A stretch of DNA of 64,000 nucleotides from an uncultured delta proteobacterium (GTDB lineage: Bacteria; Myxococcota_A; Polyangia; Palsa-1104), in contig CAWAWS010000007.1 of NCBI GenBank assembly GCA_963785725.1, forward strand, positions 224,001 to 288,000. The letters run 5' to 3'. Under the pieces are notes generated by a model that was given only the letters and a program-made list of their open reading frames with translations, did not search any database and was not told the origin of the DNA. Both the position numbers and the translations under genes were made by a program. Positions 55,489 to 64,000 of this stretch are shown piece by piece; positions within the stretch are counted from its first letter, which is position 1, and each line of letters starts with the position of its first letter.

Positions 55489-56862
55489 CTAGATGCGGAT
55501 CTCTTTCCAGGCGCCTTGCGCGAACTTCCAGCCCATCAGCGTGCACAGCAACAAGATGTACGCGAAGGCGCCCATCCACACGCCGAGAACGCCCCAGCCG
55601 AGGAAGATGCCGAAGAAGTAGGCGACCGGAATCAAGCAGAAGAAGTGCAGGCCAAACTCGACGAACATCACGTACTTGGTGTTGCCGGCGCCGAACAACG
55701 CCTGCGTCAACACCAGCGCCGAGAGCACGAACGGCAACAAGAGGCCGCAGATGCGCATGATCGGGATGGCGACGGCGATGACCGCTTCGTCCTTGGTGAA
55801 CACGTGCAGCACGACGCTCGGGAACAGGCAGACCAGCGCGCCGATGACGAGCGTCATGTACACGCCGATCTTGACCGCTTCCCAGCCGTAGCGTTCGGCC
55901 AAGTCGTACTTCTTGGCGCCCATCGACTGGCTGACCAGCGTCGCCGTCGCCGTTCCGTAAGCCATGCAGCCGGTGAAGAACGCCATCAAGATGATGATGA
56001 TCTGCTGCGTGGCCGAGGCGAACAGCGGCCCTTGATGCGCGTTGTCGTCGAGGATGCCGACGATCTTGTAGAACACGCCGAAGCCCGACATGACGAACGC
56101 CGTCGCCAGCGCCGACGGCGCCGACAGCTTGATGAGCTCCCACTGCTGCGCGCCGATCAAGTTGCCCGCGCGGTAGCAATGATAGGTGGTGCGATAAGCG
56201 GGACGCAGCGTCCAGGCGACCATCATGAATAGGCCGATGTAGGAGCTGATCATCGACGCGATGCCCGAGCCTTCCATGCCGAGTCGCGGGCAGCCGAGCA
56301 GGCCGAAGATCATGATGACGTTCAAGACGAAGTTGATGAGGTTCATGACGATGGCGACGCCCATGAACACGCGCGTGCGGCCGAGCCCGTCGAACCAGCT
56401 CTTGTAAGCCATCGTCACGACCATGGCGAACACGCCCGCCATGCGCCATTGCAGGTAAGGCACGCCCAAGCGCACTTCGTCGGGCACGTGATGGATCAGC
56501 CGAAACAGCGACGGCGCGAAGAACCAGCCGAGCACCGACGCGATCGCCGACGTCACGATGGCGACCATGAGCGCGTTGGCGAGCACTTGACCGGCGCGCG
56601 CGTGGTCGTCTTCGCCGAGGCGCCGCGCCGTCATCGCCTGGGTGCCGACCGAAATCGCCGCCAGCGCGCCGCCGACCGCCCAAAAGAGGTTGAGCGCCGG
56701 CCCGAGCGCGGCCTGACCCGGGATCGAGTCGCTCGCCGGCAGCCGCCCGATGAGGATGTGGTCGACCCAGTTGATGAGCGTCTGCGAGACCATCGCGATG
56801 ACGACCGGAACGGCGAGCGAGCCGAGTCTGCGTGCGAGCGCGCGGTCGATGCGAAGGTTCAT
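55489..56862 (-). CDS. MATE family efflux transporter
   Basis: ~12 TM, two-fold repeat, LGCPRLGMEGSGIAS, QALFGAGNTK. Confidence 0.9.
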   Translation of the reverse strand: MNLRIDRALARRLGSLAVPVVIAMVSQTLINWVDHILIGRLPASDSIPGQAALGPALNLFWAVGGALAAISVGTQAMTARRLGEDDHARAGQVLANALMVAIVTSAIASVLGWFFAPSLFRLIHHVPDEVRLGVPYLQWRMAGVFAMVVTMAYKSWFDGLGRTRVFMGVAIVMNLINFVLNVIMIFGLLGCPRLGMEGSGIASMISSYIGLFMMVAWTLRPAYRTTYHCYRAGNLIGAQQWELIKLSAPSALATAFVMSGFGVFYKIVGILDDNAHQGPLFASATQQIIIILMAFFTGCMAYGTATATLVSQSMGAKKYDLAERYGWEAVKIGVYMTLVIGALVCLFPSVVLHVFTKDEAVIAVAIPIMRICGLLLPFVLSALVLTQALFGAGNTKYVMFVEFGLHFFCLIPVAYFFGIFLGWGVLGVWMGAFAYILLLCTLMGWKFAQGAWKEIRI

Positions 56863-56965
56863 CGGGAACCGGTGTTCTAGCCTACTCGCCCGTGTGGTTC
56901 AAGTTGGCACGCTTACGGCGAGCCTGAAGATTGACACGCCGCGACGGTGGGTCTAGCTTTCGCGC

Positions 56966-57664
56966 ATGATACGCGCCCACCTCGGCTTGCCGGCGCTGCT
57001 CCTGATCGCGCTCGCGACCGGTTGCCCAGCGAAATATCCCAAGTGTTCGCAGGATAAGGACTGTCACGCCAAGGAATACTGCGTCCACGAGCAGTGTCAG
57101 CAGTGCCGCGGCGACAGCGACTGCCCCAGCGGCCAAAAGTGCAACGCCGGCCGCTGCGAGGCGCCCGAGCCGGTGTCGATGGCCTGCAGCGACGACAGCC
57201 AGTGCCCGGCCGGGCAGTCGTGCATCGGCGGCGCCTGCGCGGCCTGCACGTCCGACTCGCAGTGCGGCGCCGGCGGCAAGTGCAACGCCGGCCGCTGCGC
57301 GCGCGCCTCGTCCGATAGCGGCAACGACGGCAGCACGCAAGGCAACGGCTGCACGCTCGAGACGGTCTACTTCGACTTCAACGAGTCGGCGCTCACGACC
57401 GAGGCCACCGGCGCCATCGATCGCGACGCCGACTGCCTCAAGAAGGGCACGAAACCGGCGACGCTGACCGGCCGCACCGACACGCGCGGCACCGAAGAGT
57501 ACAACCTGGCCTTGAGCGACAAGCGCGCGCAATCGGTCAAGGATCGGCTGACGCGCATGGGCGTGTCGGCGGCGTTGAAGACGGTGGCGCGCGGCGAGAT
57601 GGACGCCAGCGGCACGGATGAAGCAGGCTGGGCCAAAGATCGCCGGGTGGACGTGACATGGTGA
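56966..57664 (+). CDS. OmpA/Pal-family lipoprotein with Cys-rich repeats
   Basis: ATGC lipobox, CxxDxxC repeats, VYFDFN, TDTRGTEEYNLALS.KRA, DRRV. Confidence 0.88.
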   Translation: MIRAHLGLPALLLIALATGCPAKYPKCSQDKDCHAKEYCVHEQCQQCRGDSDCPSGQKCNAGRCEAPEPVSMACSDDSQCPAGQSCIGGACAACTSDSQCGAGGKCNAGRCARASSDSGNDGSTQGNGCTLETVYFDFNESALTTEATGAIDRDADCLKKGTKPATLTGRTDTRGTEEYNLALSDKRAQSVKDRLTRMGVSAALKTVARGEMDASGTDEAGWAKDRRVDVTW

Positions 57665-58497
57665 GCGACACGATGATGATGCGACGTGCGGGTGCGCTGG
57701 TTCTATTGTCGACGGTTTCGGGCTGCTTCGCGTTCGTGACCAAAGAGGAAGGCAAGGAGCTCAAGCAGCAGATCGACGACGTCAAGCAGATGTCGGCCAA
57801 GAACGAAGTGCGCGCCGGCGAGCTGGCGGCCGAGCTCGACTCGCAGCTCAAGCGGCTGCGCGGCGTGGTCGACGAAGCGACGAAAGTCGTGACGCGCAAC
57901 TCCGCCGACGTCGGGCAGACCGTCGAGAAGCTGCAGACCGATTTGGCGCAGCTGACCGGGCGCATCGACGACATCCAGCATGCGCAAGACGCGCTGACGA
58001 AGCAGTTCCAGGACTATCGCGCGGCGACGGAGACGAAGCTGGAGCAGCTCGTCAACGAGTCGGCTGCGACCAAGACGCCGCCGATTCCGACGACGCCGGA
58101 CGCGCTCTACGCCGAGGCCGAGACGCGGCTGCAGGCGCAGCAGGGACCGGACGCGCGCCGGCTGTTCAACGCGTTCGTCGCGAAATATCCCAACGATCCG
58201 CGCGCGCCCAAGGCGCAATTTCAGATCGGCGAGTCGTTCTGGAGCGAGAAGCGCTACTCGAACGCGATCGGCGAGTACAGCAAGGTCGTCGACAACTATC
58301 CCAAGAGCGACATGAAGCCCGAGGCGATGTACAAGAACGGGCTGGCGTTCTACGCGCTCAAATACTGCACCGACGCGCGCATCTACTTCACCGAGCTGTT
58401 GCGGCTCTATCCGAAGACGAAGTGGAAGAAAGACGTCGCCGACGAGCTGCGCAAGCTGGCGAAGGACCTGAAGAACCGGAACGTCTGCACGTCGTGA
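57661..58497 (+). CDS. cpoB: Tol-Pal system CpoB/YbgF-like TPR lipoprotein
   Basis: VSGC lipobox, coiled coil, TPRs with YP motifs; follows pal-like gene. Confidence 0.8.
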   Translation: MSDTMMMRRAGALVLLSTVSGCFAFVTKEEGKELKQQIDDVKQMSAKNEVRAGELAAELDSQLKRLRGVVDEATKVVTRNSADVGQTVEKLQTDLAQLTGRIDDIQHAQDALTKQFQDYRAATETKLEQLVNESAATKTPPIPTTPDALYAEAETRLQAQQGPDARRLFNAFVAKYPNDPRAPKAQFQIGESFWSEKRYSNAIGEYSKVVDNYPKSDMKPEAMYKNGLAFYALKYCTDARIYFTELLRLYPKTKWKKDVADELRKLAKDLKNRNVCTS

Positions 58498-58796
58498 CCG
58501 ACGCCGACGACCGGCGCTTCGTCAACAATCCGTTCGCGCAGGCGCTGCATCCGCCGCGCCGCAAGCGCTCGACGATCGCCTGGATCGCATTGATTTTGGT
58601 CTCGATTTTCGGCGCGGTCGTGATGTCGGCGGCGTTCGTGTTGCCGCTCGTCTTCGGCTACGGCCTCTTGGTCGGCGGCGTACGCGGGCACCACCCGGGC
58701 ATGTTGGCCGCCGGCATCATCGTCGCGCTCGTGTACGCGGCGGCGCTGCGCGGTGCCGTGCGCAGCTGGCTCGGCCGGCGGAAGCGCGCGTCATGA
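58494..58796 (+). CDS. Small membrane protein
   Basis: Hydrophobic helices; GTGA and ATGA overlaps with neighbours. Confidence 0.6.
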   Translation: MTDADDRRFVNNPFAQALHPPRRKRSTIAWIALILVSIFGAVVMSAAFVLPLVFGYGLLVGGVRGHHPGMLAAGIIVALVYAAALRGAVRSWLGRRKRAS

Positions 58797-59428
58797 TCGC
58801 GCTGCGCGGCCTGTACGGCATGATCGATCTGCCGGCTGGCGACGGCGGGGCAGATCGTGCGGCCGAGGCGACGCGGCTGGCGTCCGAGCTGCTCGATGGC
58901 GGCGCTTGCGTGCTGCAGCTGCGCATGAAGGACGCGAGCGGCGCCGAGCTGTACGCGGTCGCGCAGCGGTTGCAGCGGCTGTGTCGTCAGCAGAACGTGC
59001 CGTTCATCGTCAACGATCGGCTCGATGTCGCGCTGGCGGCGGCCGCCGACGGCGTGCATCTCGGGCAGGACGATCTGCCGCTGGCCGCCGCGCGTCCGCT
59101 CGTGCCGGCCGGCTTCGTCATCGGCATTTCGACGCATAACGAGGCGCAGGCGCGCGCCGCCATCGCCGGCGGCGCCGACTATCTCGGCTTCGGCCCCTGC
59201 TTTCCGACGCACACGAAGCGCAATCCCGATCCCGTCGTGGGGCTCGAGCGGCTGGCGTTCGTGAGCGGCTTGGGCGCGCCCGTCGTTGCCATCGGCGGCA
59301 TTACGCTCGATACGATCGCCGCCGTCGCCGCCACCGGCGTCGCCGCTGCCGCCGTCATCCGCGCCGTCAACACCGCGCCCGACGTCGTCGTTGCCGCCGC
59401 CCGCGTCACCGCGGCCTTCGCCCGCTAG
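58793..59428 (+). CDS. thiE: Thiamine phosphate synthase
   Basis: QLRMK, IVNDRLDVA, GVHLGQDD, GISTH, FPT.TK, VAIGGI. Confidence 0.95.
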   Translation: MIALRGLYGMIDLPAGDGGADRAAEATRLASELLDGGACVLQLRMKDASGAELYAVAQRLQRLCRQQNVPFIVNDRLDVALAAAADGVHLGQDDLPLAAARPLVPAGFVIGISTHNEAQARAAIAGGADYLGFGPCFPTHTKRNPDPVVGLERLAFVSGLGAPVVAIGGITLDTIAAVAATGVAAAAVIRAVNTAPDVVVAAARVTAAFAR

Positions 59429-59511
59429 GGGCCTGTTCTCAATCAGCTCCCGTCGCCAAGCTGGCGGCGGGCCGCGTCTGCCGCGTTGCTTCTCGTAAGC
59501 CTGAGCGCTCG

Positions 59512-59880
59512 TCAGCTGGCGCGGCGGCGAATCATTCCTGCCAACATCGTATCGACGCGCGTCAGCTGTGCCGTCAACGACGCCCGCAGCTCGGGCGGCA
59601 GCACGTTGTGCAGGTGCGCGACTTCGACGCAGCTCATCGCCTCGCTGCAGTAGCTGCGCGCGGCCTGAAAGTAGCGCCGCTGATCGCCGCGCTGCGCCTG
59701 CGCCGCGCCGGCCGCGATCTCCGTCAGCAGGCTCGTCATCGCCGTCGCCATGCGCTCGGGCATGCCACCGGCGACGTTCGCCCACAAGCGGCGATGATCG
59801 ATCGTCAGCTGCGCGACCGCTTTGGCGACCTGATAGACCTCGAGCTGCTGGAACGCGAACCGTTGCTTCAACGTCGGCAT
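59512..59880 (-). CDS. Four-helix-bundle protein (23S rRNA IVP/TIGR02436-like)
   Basis: FQQLEVYQ.A, S...EIA.G, RYF..AR..C.E pattern; GGAGG SD. Confidence 0.75.
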   Translation of the reverse strand: MPTLKQRFAFQQLEVYQVAKAVAQLTIDHRRLWANVAGGMPERMATAMTSLLTEIAAGAAQAQRGDQRRYFQAARSYCSEAMSCVEVAHLHNVLPPELRASLTAQLTRVDTMLAGMIRRRAS

Positions 59881-60381
59881 ACGCCGGCCTCCCTCTCGAT
59901 CCAGCGTGCCATGGCGCGCCGTCGAGAGCGAACGATTCAATGAGCTGCCGCCTTCTTTGTCGCGTACGCGCCGTTCGTCGCGTCCGCCGAGGGGCTTACC
60001 ACTGGAGCTGTCGCTGTCGTTTACGCTGGTTCATTGTGTGCCTCCGCTGATGGTACCGGCGCTGATGCGCACCGGCGCGCCGGACGTCGAGTCGCTTCCC
60101 CCCGGCGCGACTCGTCCCGTCCGGCGCTGCCGGCGATCACCGGTGAACGCCGCTCGCCCGTGCGCGCCGAAGCTGCCCCCCGACAGCCGGCACTGCTCCG
60201 ATGTGAGTGAAACGTTCATGGAGGAGTTATCGGCGAAGGCGAAAAAGAGTTGCGCGGTGCCCGAAAAAAAGTCGCCGGTTTCACGGTTGGGGCTCGCCCT
60301 TCCTTGCGCCGGCAGGCGAGGGCGAGCGCCGGGGAGGCTCACGGGTCGTCGCGCTTTTCACATGCTATGCTCCGAGCCGCA

Positions 60382-62408
<2,027 letters not shown>

Positions 62409-62412
<4 letters not shown>

Positions 62413-63248
62413 GCACAATCGAGTCGGCGAAGCCGAAAGCGGTCGAGTACATTCACGGCTATTCCGCGGCGGAAGCGGAGCGGCTGATCACGCAGGCGGA
62501 GTTCTTGGCGCCGTGGGTCTTCGACGGCATCGCGCTCGACCATGTCGCGACGCTGCTCGAAGTCGGTGTCGGCGTCGGCGCCGAGACGCGGCTGATCCGG
62601 CAGCGCTGGCCGCGACTGCGCGTCGTCGGCGTCGACATCTCCGACGGGCAATTGGCGCACGCGCGGCGCGTCTTGGCCGACGACGTGGCGTCGGGCGCGG
62701 TCGAGCTGGTGCGCGCGCCGGCGACGGAGACGCCGTTGACGAACGCGTCGGCGGACGCGGCGTTCGTGTGCTGGCTGCTCGAGCACGTCAACGATCCCGA
62801 GGCGGTGTTGCGCGAGTGTGCGCGCGTCGTCAAGCCGGGCGGGACGGTCTACGTGACCGAGGTCTACGACGCGAGCTTGACGCTGGAGCCGCGGCACGCG
62901 CCGATCGAGCGTTATTGGGCGGCGTTTCTCGCGTTGCAGCAGGCGGCGGGCGGGCATCCGAACATCGGCGCGCGGTTGCCGTCGTTGGCGGCGGCGGCGG
63001 GGCTCGAGGTCGTGAGCCATCGCTTCTTGCCGGTGCTGGGCGACGCGCGCGATGCCGACGATCGGCGCGGCAAGCTGCGCTATTTCCGCGCGCTCCTGCA
63101 GTCGGCCGAGCCGCAGCTGCGCGCGGCCGAGGCGTTCGACGCCGCCGAGCTGCCGGCGGTGTGGGCGGCGTTCGACGCGATCGAAGCCGATGCCGATGCG
63201 ATCGTTTGCTACACGATGGCGAAGCTCGAAGCGCGCGTCCGTCCCTAG
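62409..63248 (+). CDS. Class I SAM-dependent methyltransferase
   Basis: [31 protein letters not shown]. Confidence 0.87.
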
Positions 63249-63341
63249 CTCGCCGATTCCGAAAGTGACTTGCCCCACGCGTTGCGCCGATTTGCGCGCG
63301 CGGGCGTGAAGAAATGGCGCGACGACTCGTCGCAAGACGAG

Positions 63342-64000
63342 ATGCGACTTCAGCTGGTGATGATCGGCCTGACGCTGGCGGCGAGCGCGGGTTGCGGCGG
63401 GAGCACGACGCCGCCCGATGCCTACTACCCGCCGTGCAGCGCCGCGAGCGAACAATGTCTCGACCACCTGCAGCTCGCGCCCGGGCTGGGGCTGCCGTTC
63501 TATCGAAACTTCGCGCTGACCACGGCGAACCCGGCCATCACCGAAGCGGTCATCGTGATTCACGGCCTCAGTCGCGATGCCGGTCATTACTTTCAGACGC
63601 TGCAAGGCGCGGCGGCGCAGGCGGGAATCGACGAGCAGACGCTGATCGTCGCGCCCCACTTTCAATGCGACGGCGATCCGATCGCGAGCGGCGACGCGCG
63701 CTGGCTGTGCGACGGCGCCGAGAATTGGGCGCATGGAGGGCGCGACGAGTCGGACTCGGCCGCGGCCGTCTATTCGTTCGGCGCGCTCGATCGATTGGTC
63801 GCGGCCGCGGCCGATCGTTCGCGGTTTCCCAACCTGCAGCGCATCGTCGTGACGGGGCTGTCGGCCGGCGGGCAGATGACGCAGCGGTATGCGGCGCTGA
63901 ACGCGATCGATCCCGGTGTCGGGGTTCCCGTCGAATATGTCGTGCTCAGCCCGTCGTCGTATCTGTACTTCGACGACGATCGGCTGGCCGATGGCGCCAC
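63342..64000 (+). CDS. Alpha/beta hydrolase lipoprotein (partial, runs off window)
   Basis: Manual translation: SAGC lipobox, VIHG, GLSAGG nucleophile elbow, SPSSYLYF. Confidence 0.8.
   Translation, partial: MRLQLVMIGLTLAASAGCGGSTTPPDAYYPPCSAASEQCLDHLQLAPGLGLPFYRNFALTTANPAITEAVIVIHGLSRDAGHYFQTLQGAAAQAGIDEQTLIVAPHFQCDGDPIASGDARWLCDGAENWAHGGRDESDSAAAVYSFGALDRLVAAAADRSRFPNLQRIVVTGLSAGGQMTQRYAALNAIDPGVGVPVEYVVLSPSSYLYFDDDRLADGA

Noticed and set aside
59512..59880. Diversity-generating retroelement accessory (Avd) gene
   Set aside because: No reverse transcriptase or template/variable repeat pair in the window
59512..60342. Selenocysteine read-through of TGA at 60031-60033 joining the 103-aa ORF to the four-helix-bundle gene (in frame; selB is present)
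   Set aside because: Upstream ORF is not protein-like, there is no redox motif or convincing SECIS hairpin, and the downstream gene has its own SD

Overview
GC-rich (~70% by eye) core-chromosome window, most likely from a Myxococcota (Polyangia-like) bacterium, judged from mglBA, the PilZ, zinc-ribbon/TPR, PEGA-kinase and sigma54 activator genes. It holds about 55 protein genes: 2-oxoacid dehydrogenase E1, cell-wall enzymes, RNase G/E, an S8 protease, thiD, thiE, an RND-MFP-TolC pump, a peroxiredoxin, gcdH, Slt, mglBA, recR-ybaB-dnaX, tadA, selB, MATE, pal-cpoB and uvrB. RNA genes are the SRP RNA and five tRNAs (all four Ser isoacceptors plus Arg-ACG). One complete IS4 element has TIRs and a 10-bp target duplication. 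The most notable unexplained signals are: (i) a candidate sigma54-driven ~160-nt structured sRNA divergent from a coupled RNase G-PilZ-J-domain operon; (ii) two ~97% identical 284-bp structured repeats in inverted orientation, each just behind a TAG stop and together bracketing the peroxiredoxin; (iii) an orphan membrane-fusion-like protein translationally coupled to mglA; (iv) recurrent leaderless-type -10 boxes. Three genes (rng, a cNMP-binding gene, dnaX) carry single +1 frameshifts that are probably sequencing errors. No CRISPR array, prophage or rRNA was seen. All family assignments come from motif recognition, not database searches.
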